Shown here piece by piece: positions 26,995 through 37,056 of a stretch of DNA of 64,000 nucleotides. The DNA comes from Patescibacteria group bacterium. GTDB lineage: Bacteria > Patescibacteriota > Minisyncoccia > Moranbacterales > UBA2206. The first letter of the stretch is position 1. Every line of letters begins with the position of its first letter. The translations under genes were made by a program, and so were the position numbers. Under the pieces are notes generated by a model. The model was not told the origin of the DNA, did not search any database, and worked only from the letters and a program-made list of their open reading frames with translations. Location of the stretch: the NCBI GenBank assembly GCA_022711335.1, contig JAKLFF010000003.1, forward strand, positions 13,508 to 77,507, read 5' to 3'.

Positions 26995-27987
26995 CTACTT
27001 ACCATTAATATACTCCGCCAACTCCACCAGCCTATTGGAGTATCCCCATTCATTATCATACCACCCGACCACTTTCGCTAAATTTCCATTAACCATAGTC
27101 AAAGGCAAATCGACAATTGCGCTGTGCATATCGCCCTTAAAATCCATTGAAACCAAGCTTTCATCGCTCACTGCCAGCACGCCCTTCATTTCATTTTGCG
27201 AAAATTCTTTGAAAGCAGCGTTGATTTCTTCCGCAGTTGCCTCCTTTTTAAGCGTGCAGATAAAATCCGCGATTGAAACCACCGGAGTTGGAACGCGGAG
27301 TGAAATGCCATCCAATTTTCCTTCCAGGTGCTTTATCACTTTTCCAACGGTCTTGGCTGCACCAGTGGTTGTTGGGATAATATTCAAAGCTGCTGCCCGA
27401 GCACGTCTTAGATCTTTATGCGGTAAATCGAGCACTCGCTGATCGTTAGTATAGGAATGGGTCGTGGTCATGAAACCTTTTTCCACGCCGAATTTGTCAT
27501 CGAGCACTTTTATCATCGGTGCCAGACAATTGGTCGTGCATGAACCGTTGGAAATAATTTCTTCTCCGTCATATTCATTCTCATTAACTCCGAGAAGAAA
27601 AACCGGCGTGTCGTCTTTGGCGGGAGCACTGAGAACAACCTTCTTCGCGCCGGCTTTTATGTGCTTCCCCGCTTTTTCCTTGTCTTCAAAGACTCCGGTG
27701 CATTCCAAAACCACATCTACGCCAAGCTTCTTCCAGGGCAATTTTTCCGGATCAGGTTCAGACAGAAATTTAATCCGCGTTCCATCAATAATCAATTCGG
27801 AATTTTTATCATCGATTGCCACGTCTTTATCATATCTTCCATAAGATGAATCGTATTTCAAAAGATGCGCGGCAGTTTTGAGATCCCCAAGGTCATTTAT
27901 AGCTACTACTTCCATGTTTTCATTTGCAAAAGCGATTTTCAGCGACGGCCTCCCGATGCGCCCAAATCCATTAATAGCAATTTTCAT
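26995..27987 (-). CDS. gap: glyceraldehyde-3-phosphate dehydrogenase
   Basis: NGFGRIGR and SCTTNC motifs. Confidence 0.95.
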   Translation of the reverse strand: MKIAINGFGRIGRPSLKIAFANENMEVVAINDLGDLKTAAHLLKYDSSYGRYDKDVAIDDKNSELIIDGTRIKFLSEPDPEKLPWKKLGVDVVLECTGVFEDKEKAGKHIKAGAKKVVLSAPAKDDTPVFLLGVNENEYDGEEIISNGSCTTNCLAPMIKVLDDKFGVEKGFMTTTHSYTNDQRVLDLPHKDLRRARAAALNIIPTTTGAAKTVGKVIKHLEGKLDGISLRVPTPVVSIADFICTLKKEATAEEINAAFKEFSQNEMKGVLAVSDESLVSMDFKGDMHSAIVDLPLTMVNGNLAKVVGWYDNEWGYSNRLVELAEYINGK

Positions 27988-28069
27988 TGTTATATTGTTA
28001 AATCGTTAAATTGTTAAAAATATATCTAACAATCTAGCAATTTATCTATTTAACCATTTAACAATTTAA

Positions 28070-28342
28070 TTATACTGCTATATCCGTTATTTTCCAATGA
28101 TCGCCTTTAATTTTACTGATTTCAAACTTCGTATTTTCAAAAACAGTCCCTTTGGCGATGCTTTTTAGACCAAATTGAAGATTTTCAAGGCTTATATCCT
28201 CAGTATGTTCTGGATGGCCATCATGAGCTAGGCTTATACTTCCAATTTCAATACTAACACTTTTTGGCTTATTAAAGCCTTCTTCTTGAGATATTTTCTT
28301 AAGCTCGTCGATAATTTCTTTGGCTAAAAAAAAGTCATGCAT
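28070..28342 (-). CDS. HypA-like hydrogenase nickel-insertion protein lacking the C-terminal zinc finger
   Basis: MHD start and the HypA N-domain pattern, but no Cys. Track ORF extends to 28378 through Family C repeat. Confidence 0.45.
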   Translation of the reverse strand: MHDFFLAKEIIDELKKISQEEGFNKPKSVSIEIGSISLAHDGHPEHTEDISLENLQFGLKSIAKGTVFENTKFEISKIKGDHWKITDIAV

Positions 28343-28346
28343 GCCA

Positions 28347-28498
28347 TTTTTGTCTACGAGCGAAGCGAGTAGCCACAAAAATGAGCACCCCGCACCAATT
28401 CGAAGATGAATTTTAGGTTAATTATATTTTAAGCCGAAGGTGACGACGCACACAATACTCTGCGTTAAGCCTAAACCCAGCCGGAATTGGTGCCGGGG
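28347..28498 (-). repeat. Family C element
   Basis: See copy at 21127-21276. Confidence 0.7.
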
Positions 28499-28508
28499 TC
28501 AAAACTTT

Positions 28509-28883
28509 TTAATTTGAGCTCCACAATCCATGAACATTGCAATAAGCCCTGGCCCTAATATGCTTGGCTTCCAGAAAAAACTCCGCCCAAGGCTCATAGG
28601 CCAGGTTCAATCCTTTTCGATAGGTCCTGTGCTCTGTAATAACTTCGATCCACGAAATATGATGCGCGCTTTCCATAGGATGCGGTTCTAATCCCACTCT
28701 TACAATCACTCCGGTTGCGGTTTTTTCAATAACTGGCTTATGCTTTTCGACTCCTTCCTCTTCTTCTGTTTTTTCCTGCTGAAGTTCCATCGGCTGTCCG
28801 CAACAGACAAGTTCTCCCGATCCGCCATGGACCATCTCTACAATGTTTCCGCAGACATTGCACTTGTAAACTTGATTTAATTC
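28509..28883 (-). CDS. dfx: desulfoferrodoxin / superoxide reductase
   Basis: N-terminal CNVCGN..CCG desulforedoxin domain and an SOR domain. Confidence 0.75.
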   Translation of the reverse strand, partial: ELNQVYKCNVCGNIVEMVHGGSGELVCCGQPMELQQEKTEEEEGVEKHKPVIEKTATGVIVRVGLEPHPMESAHHISWIEVITEHRTYRKGLNLAYEPWAEFFLEAKHIRARAYCNVHGLWSSN

Positions 28884-29038
28884 AGTCATAAAAAATATTA
28901 AACTCGAAATTCGAATATCGAAATTCGAAACAATATATAAATCAAAATACTTAAAATTCAAAACAGTTTTGGTCATTTGAATTTAGTATTTTTAATTTGT
29001 TTCGGATTTCTGATTTCGTGCTTCGGATTTATAAATTA

Positions 29039-30298
29039 TTAGTGTACTGCGCAGCTTATGCATGGATCATAGGCCCGGATAAAAGCGCGCAGTTTTCTTT
29101 GGCGCGCCGTGTCGCTAAGCCCGATAATTTTGGGAATGTATTCAGAAATGTCATCTTCCAAATTAGACAGAAACTGGGCCGTCGGGGTTATAATGTTCAC
29201 ATTTCGAATATATCCCTTTGCATCCACGTCCACATGATAATATAGGGTTCCGCGCGGCGCTTCCACTGCCGCTACTCCAAAACCAGACTTAGTTTGATAT
29301 TCCCTGGTGATAACCTCATTAAGATTAAGATGCATAAGTTCCATCATAATCCTGGAAGATTCTTCAACGCAGTGGATAACTTCCGCCATTTGAAACCAGA
29401 TATTGTGAAAAGGATTATAATCGGGAAATCTGATTCCCAGGCTTTCTACGTATTTGAAAGATTTTTCTCTCAATCGGCTGCGATTGTTATTGATTCTGGC
29501 GATCGCCCCCACCATATAACTTTGTCCGTCATGTTCTATTCTTTTTATCACTTCCCGCTGTTTTTGAAGTTCATGAAAATTATTTTCAAACTTGTCCACC
29601 GGAATATGCAAGCCGCGGTTAGAAGAAATATCTCCGTCGTAAATAGCGTATCCTCCGCCCTTTTCAAGACAGACGTATTCCGTTTCCCGAGAAAAATCGG
29701 GAAGTTTTATCGTTTTAAAAAATTCTCCCAATTCCAGCGCCATGTCAAGAATATCTTTCGAGTTTATTATCAGTTTTTGAAGCGCGTCCCTGTCCGGAGC
29801 TTTTTTGAATCCGCCGACCTCATTGGTCAGCGGGTGCACCACTCTTCCGCCAACAACTTTCACAATTTCCATCCCATATTCCCGAATTTTGATTGCTATT
29901 TGGGCCTCCCTGGGATATTTTCCGATAAGTTTGATGTCATTATCGATATCCAAAAAATCAGCCAGCGACAAAAAGAACAGATGCAAGGCGTGGGAATGAA
30001 TTATTTGCGCATGCTCCATAAGAGTCCGAAGCTTCACAGTCTCTGGAGCAACGGTTATATTCATGGCATTTTCAAGCGCTTTCACAGCCGTAAGATTGTG
30101 GACCACCGGACAAATTCCGCAAATTCTCTGCGCAACGACAGGCATATCCTGATATTCCCGGCCCACAAGCACGCCCTCAATCAGCCGAATGCCTTCTTGC
30201 ACCTCCAATTTCGCCGATTTTACATCACCATTTACAACGCTCGCCATAAACCCGGCATGCCCTTCCATTTTCGCGATATGATTGATTTTGATATTCAT
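29039..30298 (-). CDS. hoxH: [NiFe] hydrogenase large subunit (group 3, NAD(P)-coupled type)
   Basis: N-terminal RICGICPVVH and C-terminal DPCISCAVH nickel-site motifs. Confidence 0.9.
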   Translation of the reverse strand: MNIKINHIAKMEGHAGFMASVVNGDVKSAKLEVQEGIRLIEGVLVGREYQDMPVVAQRICGICPVVHNLTAVKALENAMNITVAPETVKLRTLMEHAQIIHSHALHLFFLSLADFLDIDNDIKLIGKYPREAQIAIKIREYGMEIVKVVGGRVVHPLTNEVGGFKKAPDRDALQKLIINSKDILDMALELGEFFKTIKLPDFSRETEYVCLEKGGGYAIYDGDISSNRGLHIPVDKFENNFHELQKQREVIKRIEHDGQSYMVGAIARINNNRSRLREKSFKYVESLGIRFPDYNPFHNIWFQMAEVIHCVEESSRIMMELMHLNLNEVITREYQTKSGFGVAAVEAPRGTLYYHVDVDAKGYIRNVNIITPTAQFLSNLEDDISEYIPKIIGLSDTARQRKLRAFIRAYDPCISCAVH

Positions 30299-30320
30299 AA
30301 GCTGATTGCTTATAAGCTAA

Positions 30321-31304
30321 TTATAAATTGCATATTTGCTTTAACGCTAAAATATCTTCATTTGAAGCCTTTGGATTTTCCAGATCCTGTTCACCCATCA
30401 TATAATACATGATCGACGCTGGCTGACTCAAATGATCAAGCCCCAAAGCATGCCCCAACTCATGGACAACAACCAAGCGAAGATCGGCTGCGGCTTCAAA
30501 CTGGTAGATATTTATCGACTTCCCATCATACACGCCTTTATCAAATTCCCGCGATTCGCCAAACTTGTTTTTATATGTATTGAGATTACTGTTGTAGATC
30601 TGCGCTGTCTGATTGCTTTTTTGAGCTAAAGAATTGGCTTTGTTTATGAGTTCATTGATTTCTTTCCTCTGTTTTTCCAGTTTTCTATACGCATCATCCA
30701 GGTTCTCCTTTTCCTCCTTGAGTTTTTCATACTCATCCTCTGGCGCTCCGCCCTCCTGATTCCATTTCCTTACTTCTCTGTTGTAATCATCCAAATCATC
30801 CTTATATTTATCAACCACTTTGTTGTAATCGCTGATTTTTTTCTTTGACTGGACGCTCAATGAATCATACTCCTCCGTTGCTTCATCATGTTTGAGTTCC
30901 AGACTGTTAAGCTGATTTTCCATCTCTTTCGCTTCTTCAGTAGTTTTTTGACGGTCATCATAAACCAGATTTATTCTAAATTCGGCGCTTGAATCATATT
31001 CAAAAAGATTTTTTTTTGCCGGATCTTCCCAGACAATTTCCGCTTGAGAGATTATTTTTTGAAAATCAGCTTGAGTTATGTCAAATCTTGCATCAACTGT
31101 TCCGATTGAATATTTGATCGGCTGCGTACAAGGCTTGTCAATATATTGCCTTCTTATCTGCTTAAATTCTTCCCGAAAAGATTCCCTGTTGGTCAACATT
31201 GTTCCCCAAAAAGAAAAAAGCAGGATAACAATGAGATATTGAAAAAATTTCTTCATCCGATTGTTTGCCATTCCAGACTTTTCGCCTATCAGCAGAGCTA
31301 GCAA
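30321..31304 (-). CDS. membrane-anchored metzincin (matrixin-like HELGHALGLDH plus Met-turn) split by a ~130-aa coiled-coil insert
   Basis: HExxHxxGxxH motif and SIMYY. Confidence 0.6.
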   Translation of the reverse strand: MLALLIGEKSGMANNRMKKFFQYLIVILLFSFWGTMLTNRESFREEFKQIRRQYIDKPCTQPIKYSIGTVDARFDITQADFQKIISQAEIVWEDPAKKNLFEYDSSAEFRINLVYDDRQKTTEEAKEMENQLNSLELKHDEATEEYDSLSVQSKKKISDYNKVVDKYKDDLDDYNREVRKWNQEGGAPEDEYEKLKEEKENLDDAYRKLEKQRKEINELINKANSLAQKSNQTAQIYNSNLNTYKNKFGESREFDKGVYDGKSINIYQFEAAADLRLVVVHELGHALGLDHLSQPASIMYYMMGEQDLENPKASNEDILALKQICNL

Positions 31305-31335
31305 GCTTAGGATGGCAAAATAATTTTATATTTAT

Positions 31336-32217
31336 TTATTTCTCACGCGCTTCAATATCATCCCTAAGGCCATAAATTTCTGCTGTATTTTCAAACTGCT
31401 CGTCTGTTATCATAGTTTTCAGCATATTTTTCATAGCCGCTACGTTGCCAGTCGGACGCAGTCCCCGGCAGCCCTGGCATATCATGCGAGAAGTCGGACA
31501 AACCGCATCGCATCCGCCCAAAATCATGGGACCGAAGCAGGGTTTTTTATCGAGAAGAAGGCATCTATTTCCTTTTTTCTTGCATTCCACGCAAACCGGC
31601 TGGTCGGGAATAACTGGAATGTTTCCTTTGAGCAGTTCCGGAATATAGCGCAAAAATTCTTCGCCAGATATGGGACAGCCGGGAAAAGTGAAATCCACTT
31701 TCACGAAATTATCAATTTCTTTTATGGGAGGATTTTTTATCCCGTGGATATATTTATAAACATGCTTTATCGTACTTGCGCCTTCATGATAATTTTTTAT
31801 CTCTGGAATTCCTCCCATTGCCGCGCAATTCCCAAGAGCTATTAGGATTTTGGACCGTTTTCGAGCAGCTAGCAATAAATTAAAATTATCTTCCGTCACC
31901 GGATTTCCTTCCACTAAAACCAAATCGAGATTAACACCAGGATCGTCTTCGTCTTCTAAAAGTCTGAAATCCACCATTTCCACTTGGTTTATGAGATCCA
32001 AAAATTTTTGCCCGAGATCCAAAAGCACAAACTGGCATCCCTCGCATGAAGTCAGGCTGATAATGGCCATCTTCGGTTTTTTGGAAATCTCTCCGGCAGA
32101 TTTATTTTTTTTAACAGAATTAGAAATAACAGCGGTGGTTTTCTTTTTTGCAGCTTTTTTTTCGGCTGCCTTTTTCTTAATTATTTTTTTCTTTTTTATA
32201 ACTTTTTTCGTTGCCAT
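31336..32217 (-). CDS. hoxY: [NiFe] hydrogenase small subunit
   Basis: Fe-S cysteine motifs. The first 49 aa are Lys-rich and may not be translated (alternative ATG at 32070). Confidence 0.75.
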   Translation of the reverse strand: MATKKVIKKKKIIKKKAAEKKAAKKKTTAVISNSVKKNKSAGEISKKPKMAIISLTSCEGCQFVLLDLGQKFLDLINQVEMVDFRLLEDEDDPGVNLDLVLVEGNPVTEDNFNLLLAARKRSKILIALGNCAAMGGIPEIKNYHEGASTIKHVYKYIHGIKNPPIKEIDNFVKVDFTFPGCPISGEEFLRYIPELLKGNIPVIPDQPVCVECKKKGNRCLLLDKKPCFGPMILGGCDAVCPTSRMICQGCRGLRPTGNVAAMKNMLKTMITDEQFENTAEIYGLRDDIEAREK

Positions 32218-32282
32218 ATAATTATTTTACCATAATTTGGACAAAAAAATAAGCGAGGTTGGACAAAAGTCTTTCCTCGCTG

Positions 32283-32939
32283 CTAGAAGCACCTGCCAAT
32301 CAGATTCTGCGTCCAATTTTTGAGATCCCAGAATGATCCGTAGTCAATTTCAGAGATTCTCTGGCAAACACTGGTAAATTCCTGGCTTGATTCCTGCTCA
32401 CCAAAAAGATATTCGCAAATATCTTCGCAAGCAACTCCGACAATAACAGCGTAGTGGACGAGAACCATGTCTCCAGCTTTAAACTTTACATGGATACATG
32501 GATGGATCAGGAGATTTGAAATATCAACAGCTACATTCTTATTGACATATTTCGCCGATACATTTTCGCCAGAAACAGCGGTTAAGATAACAGGCTTCAG
32601 TATATGGGCGAATACATATCCGTCAGCAAATTTTCCTTTTTTTCCAACTGCATTAATTTGGTCAAAAACAAAGTCAATATGGACAGCTCCTCCAAAAAAC
32701 CTATAGATGATATCCGCATCGATTTTTTTTGCGCCGACACTCAGAGCGAATGCCCAAATTCCGGAATACATAGAGCTTTTTTCCGGCAAATTTTTCTGGA
32801 GTTCTAAAACATCAAAATCACGTCCTGTCATCACGCATCGGAAGAGGTACTTCAAATTTTCTTCCTTTTTATTGTTAAAAGTGCGACAACCGGAATTTAT
32901 CATAACCAATTTCGCTAGCGCTGAATTAGTTATTACCAT
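32283..32939 (-). CDS. hypothetical protein embedded in the hydrogenase locus
   Basis: 218-aa ORF, co-directional, overlaps hypC by 14 nt. Confidence 0.4.
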   Translation of the reverse strand: MVITNSALAKLVMINSGCRTFNNKKEENLKYLFRCVMTGRDFDVLELQKNLPEKSSMYSGIWAFALSVGAKKIDADIIYRFFGGAVHIDFVFDQINAVGKKGKFADGYVFAHILKPVILTAVSGENVSAKYVNKNVAVDISNLLIHPCIHVKFKAGDMVLVHYAVIVGVACEDICEYLFGEQESSQEFTSVCQRISEIDYGSFWDLKNWTQNLIGRCF

Positions 32940-33159
32940 TGTATTTTTCCTCCTTCCTTATTGCGATAATCTCATTAATAATTTTTCCGGCATCTTCTTC
33001 ATCCATTTTCTCAATAGCCACATTCTGCTGTGTTAAGCAGAAGTCGCCAATATTCAATTCTACTATGCTTTTCACAGTTTGTCTATCGCCAGCAGGATTT
33101 TCAACAATAACACCGCCTTTTTCAATTGATATAACTTTTTTGGGAATTGTGAGACACAT
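32926..33159 (-). CDS. hypC: hydrogenase maturation factor HypC
   Basis: MCLTIP N-terminus, 77 aa. Confidence 0.8.
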   Translation of the reverse strand: MCLTIPKKVISIEKGGVIVENPAGDRQTVKSIVELNIGDFCLTQQNVAIEKMDEEDAGKIINEIIAIRKEEKYNGNN

Positions 33160-33177
33160 GCCTTTGTTTTCTTTTTG

Positions 33178-34200
33178 CTAAATTATTTTCCTGTCCCTCG
33201 CCAGCCTCGCAATTTCCCGCTCTGATAGAATATAATCCAAATATTCATCTTTATTCGCCTTTTTCTCTATTTTATTAGAAATAAAAAATATAACTATACT
33301 CTCGGGATTTATTTTTTCTTTCCTGGCATAGTCAGCTTTGATGTTTTTTATCGCTTCATTTTTAGTCTCTTCTTTGGAAAGATTTATAATTTTTTCAAAA
33401 CCAAGCTCGGTCAGCAAATCGTCAAAATTCTTCTGGCTTTTCATGTTTTTAAGTTGCCTAAGGACTCCTTTTTCCATCTCCCAGTCCACCACAGCCACTG
33501 CCATTTTCTTTAGATTATCCAGATCTTTTATAATTTTTCCAAAATCATTCTGATCCGTCAGCGCCGCCGTTGGACAAACTTCGACGCATTTTCCGCAAAA
33601 ACTGCAATCCAGCGTTTTTTCATATGGCGTTCCGACAACCACATCGCCAGCACGATGATTAAATCCAAAGGCTTTATCGGGACAAATATTGATACAGCGT
33701 CGACATTCAATGCAATATTCCGTTGTGCGGAAAATGGCTGGATTTTTGTTGTCAATTACCACTCTTGATTTATTGTCTTTGAGCAAATCGCGCTCCTCGA
33801 CATCCGTAATTTCCTCTTTCCTCGGCACAAAATGGAAATTTTCAATTTTGTATTCTTCCGCCAAATTTTGCAGTTCACACATCCGGTTTTTCCGGCAGCC
33901 CGCGCATTTACCGGCATGATCCGCCCAAAGAAGTTCCAGATTGATTCTGCGAGCCTTATTTATCCTCTCGCTCTCTGTCGTTACTTCCAATTTTTCACAA
34001 ACCTGAAACGCACAAGATGGCACCAGCTTATCGGTAAGATTTATTTCTACAAGGCATAGCCGGCAAACTGTTTCTTTCGGCAATCCAGAAAACGCGCAAA
34101 GAGTGGGGATTCTAATCCCCTCTCTCCGGCAGACATCAAGGACGGTTTCTTCTTCCCGCGCTTCGTAAATTTTGTTATTTATTCTTATATTCATGCACAT
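33178..34200 (-). CDS. hoxU: hydrogenase diaphorase Fe-S subunit (2Fe-2S plus 4Fe-4S)
   Basis: NuoG-like N-terminus and ferredoxin cysteine motifs. SD GGAGGAGG lies before the ATG at 34200. Confidence 0.75.
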   Translation of the reverse strand: MCMNIRINNKIYEAREEETVLDVCRREGIRIPTLCAFSGLPKETVCRLCLVEINLTDKLVPSCAFQVCEKLEVTTESERINKARRINLELLWADHAGKCAGCRKNRMCELQNLAEEYKIENFHFVPRKEEITDVEERDLLKDNKSRVVIDNKNPAIFRTTEYCIECRRCINICPDKAFGFNHRAGDVVVGTPYEKTLDCSFCGKCVEVCPTAALTDQNDFGKIIKDLDNLKKMAVAVVDWEMEKGVLRQLKNMKSQKNFDDLLTELGFEKIINLSKEETKNEAIKNIKADYARKEKINPESIVIFFISNKIEKKANKDEYLDYILSEREIARLARDRKII

Positions 34201-34253
34201 TATCCTCCTCCCCCTTTCCAGGGGCAAAAATTAAAGGAGGCGTTTGAAAAAAA

Positions 34254-35480
34254 TTATTTTAATATCTTTAGTTTTTCTACCGCATCTCGAAACGCCGCAG
34301 CCGCGAATTTTCCAAAAGGGCAAAAAGTCGTATTTTCGAGCGTCCAAAGTATATCTTTGACGGCTTTTTTATCAGCTTCAGAAATTTCCCCGTCCTGGAG
34401 ACGCTTGGCAATTTCCCAAAGCCGAAATGTTCCTTCCCGGCAAGGAACGCATTTCCCGCAAGATTCCCGCCGGAAAAATCCAGTCCAAGACAATAATAAA
34501 TCATAAATATTGGTCGTTTTATCAACTACCAAGATCGCGCCTGAACCGATGGAGAAATCTTTATTTCCAAATTCTAATTTTGCGTCCAATTCTTTTTCCA
34601 TAATAAGCCTTCCGGATGACCCGCCAATTTGCGCGAACCAAAATTCTTTTCCCTTAGCCAGTCCTCCTCCAATTTCAAATATCAATTCACGGATTGTTAC
34701 TCCCAATGGTAATTCATAAACACCCGGTTTTTTTACCGCTCCGCCCAGAACAAATAATTTCGTCCCGGGAGAATTTTTTGATCCGATTTTTGCATATTCT
34801 TCCCCACCGTAAATTACTATCCAGGAAATATTGGAAATCGTTTCCGCGTTGTTTACAAGCGTCGGTTTTCCAAAAAGCCCTTTTTCAGTCGGATATGGCG
34901 GCCGCATCTTCGGCTCCCCCCGGCTTCCCTCAATTGAATTTATGAGCGCCGTTTCCTCTCCGCAAATGTATGCTCCGGCTCCGGAAAAAATCCCTATCTC
35001 CAGATTGTAATCTGATTTTAATATTTTTTCTCCCCAATATTTTTTTTTATACGCTTCTTCCAGCGCATTTTCTAAAATTTCTTCCTGTTTTCCATAATTA
35101 CCATTTATATAGATGAAAGCTTTTCTCGCACCAATGATCAAGGATAGAATGATGATTCCTTCAATGAGTTTATGCGGATCATTATCGACTATTGCCCGGT
35201 CTTTGTATGTTCCCGGCTCCGATTCATCTAAATTACAAATAAAATACCTTTCTTTTTCTCCGCTTCCCGCCACTGCTTCTAGCTTATCGCCCGTTGGAAA
35301 TCCGGCTCCTCCCCGACCCAAAAGACTGGAATTTTTTATCTCATCCGCAAATTTATCGGAATTTTTGTCCTTGATAAATTTATGAAGCGCTTTATAACCA
35401 CCAAAAGACTCGTAGTTTTTTATCTTTTTCAAGTCCGCTACGTCCCAATATTTAGTTATGATTTTGATATTTTTATTCAT
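34254..35480 (-). CDS. hoxF: hydrogenase diaphorase NAD/FMN-binding subunit (NuoF-like)
   Basis: GRGGAGFPTG motif and C-terminal 4Fe-4S motif. Confidence 0.9.
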   Translation of the reverse strand: MNKNIKIITKYWDVADLKKIKNYESFGGYKALHKFIKDKNSDKFADEIKNSSLLGRGGAGFPTGDKLEAVAGSGEKERYFICNLDESEPGTYKDRAIVDNDPHKLIEGIIILSLIIGARKAFIYINGNYGKQEEILENALEEAYKKKYWGEKILKSDYNLEIGIFSGAGAYICGEETALINSIEGSRGEPKMRPPYPTEKGLFGKPTLVNNAETISNISWIVIYGGEEYAKIGSKNSPGTKLFVLGGAVKKPGVYELPLGVTIRELIFEIGGGLAKGKEFWFAQIGGSSGRLIMEKELDAKLEFGNKDFSIGSGAILVVDKTTNIYDLLLSWTGFFRRESCGKCVPCREGTFRLWEIAKRLQDGEISEADKKAVKDILWTLENTTFCPFGKFAAAAFRDAVEKLKILK

Positions 35481-35590
35481 TTAATTCCAAATTCACCTAA
35501 TTGCCCAATTCACCTAATAAAATTCCTAATTCTCAAAAAATAAAAATTAGACATTTTATTAGAAATTAGGTGAATTAGAAATTAGAAATT

Positions 35591-36034
35591 TTATAACCAC
35601 TTCTCCAAAATCCCATGCACGCTGCTCTGTGTAACATTATTATAAACTTTATTATTGATAACCATAATTGGTCCTTCTCCGCACTGACCCAGGCAGCTTA
35701 TTATTTCAAGTTTAACTTTAGCATTAAATTCATCGCCAGCCTTTATTTTGAAATAATTTTCAATTTCTCTGATAACGGCAAATGAATTGTTCATAGCGCA
35801 ATTCGCCCCGGAACACACTTTTATAACCAGATTTGGCTGCTTTTTAATCTGAACCTGGTCGTAAAAACTGGCCGTTTCATACGCTTTCGAAAGAGGCACT
35901 TCAAAATAATCCGCCACTTTTTGCATATCTTTTTCGCTAATATGCCCAAAAGCGGCGCTAATTTTTTTTAGCGCCGGCAACAAGCTGATATTTTCTGGAT
36001 CAAATTCCAATAATATTTTTTCTATAGTTTTACT
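35591..36034 (-). CDS. hoxE: hydrogenase diaphorase 2Fe-2S subunit (NuoE-like)
   Basis: Thioredoxin-like 2Fe-2S cysteine motifs. Track ORF extends to 36061 into the A repeat. Confidence 0.75.
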   Translation of the reverse strand, partial: SKTIEKILLEFDPENISLLPALKKISAAFGHISEKDMQKVADYFEVPLSKAYETASFYDQVQIKKQPNLVIKVCSGANCAMNNSFAVIREIENYFKIKAGDEFNAKVKLEIISCLGQCGEGPIMVINNKVYNNVTQSSVHGILEKWL

Positions 36035-36035
36035 C

Positions 36036-36085
36036 ATAAAACATATGCTTTTTTGTTGCATGTTATATGTTTCATGTTCTATGAT
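36036..36085. repeat. Family A palindromic element (CATATAACAT/ATGTTATATG units)
   Basis: One of 8 copies. Confidence 0.6.
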
Positions 36086-36952
36086 TCAGGCTTTTCCATC
36101 GCTGCCGAAGAATTTTATTTTCTTCTTAACTGCTTCTTTGACTGCTTCGCGCGCCCCGCCCAGAAGTTTTCGGACATCGAAAGAAACGTTGCCCTGATTG
36201 CGGACTGAATTGATCAAGTCATTGATAAAAGCTATCCTGGTGGCTGTATCAACATTAAAACATGTGACGCCACGCTTGATTGCTTCTCCCACTTTTCCAT
36301 TCTCCCAATCCGATGCGCCGTGCAAAATTAAAGGCAGATTGGGACAGCTTTTATTAATCATTTCCAGTCTTTCAAAATCCGGTTTTTCCCTTTCTTTGAA
36401 AAAATCATGCGCATTTCCAATAGCCACCGCTAAAGCATCAATTCCTGTTTCTTTTGCGAAAGAAGCGGCTTGCCCAGGATCGGTCATGTATTTTTCCCAC
36501 TTCACTTCGCCCATTTCGTACTCGCCCAGATATGGAACGCTCCCGAGTTCCGCTTGCACTTCTACTCCTTTTTCATGGCAAAAAGCAACCACTTTTTTGG
36601 TTATCTCGAGGTTATCCACGTATTTTTTTCTCGATCCGTCATACATCACAGAAGCAAAGCCGATTGCCACCGCGCGTTGAATAAACTCAAAACTGTGCCC
36701 GTGATCAAGATGGATTCCGATCGGAAGTTCCGGCGCATAAAATTCCGCGTCATTCTTCACCAGATGATAAATCAGCCGTCCGCCGGCATATTCCATGGTT
36801 TTTTCCGTAATTTGAATGATTACCGGCGAACGCATCTCTTGGGCAGCTTCAACGATTGCCCTTGTCATTTCCAAATTAACGGTGTTAAAAGCTCCGACGG
36901 CATAACCGCCTTCCCGGGCTTTGGTTAGAATTTCTTTAACTGATGTTATCAT
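36086..36952 (-). CDS. fba: class II fructose-bisphosphate aldolase
   Basis: FbaA motifs. Confidence 0.9.
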   Translation of the reverse strand: MITSVKEILTKAREGGYAVGAFNTVNLEMTRAIVEAAQEMRSPVIIQITEKTMEYAGGRLIYHLVKNDAEFYAPELPIGIHLDHGHSFEFIQRAVAIGFASVMYDGSRKKYVDNLEITKKVVAFCHEKGVEVQAELGSVPYLGEYEMGEVKWEKYMTDPGQAASFAKETGIDALAVAIGNAHDFFKEREKPDFERLEMINKSCPNLPLILHGASDWENGKVGEAIKRGVTCFNVDTATRIAFINDLINSVRNQGNVSFDVRKLLGGAREAVKEAVKKKIKFFGSDGKA

Positions 36953-37056
36953 AAAAATAGAATTTTGAATTTGGAATTTGGAATTTTGAATAAGAATTAA
37001 GAATAATGAACCTGGATCATAATATTCTAAATTCTATATTATTCCCATTCTAAATT
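36953..37056. repeat. Family B palindromic element
   Basis: Similar arms to B1 and B2. Confidence 0.5.
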
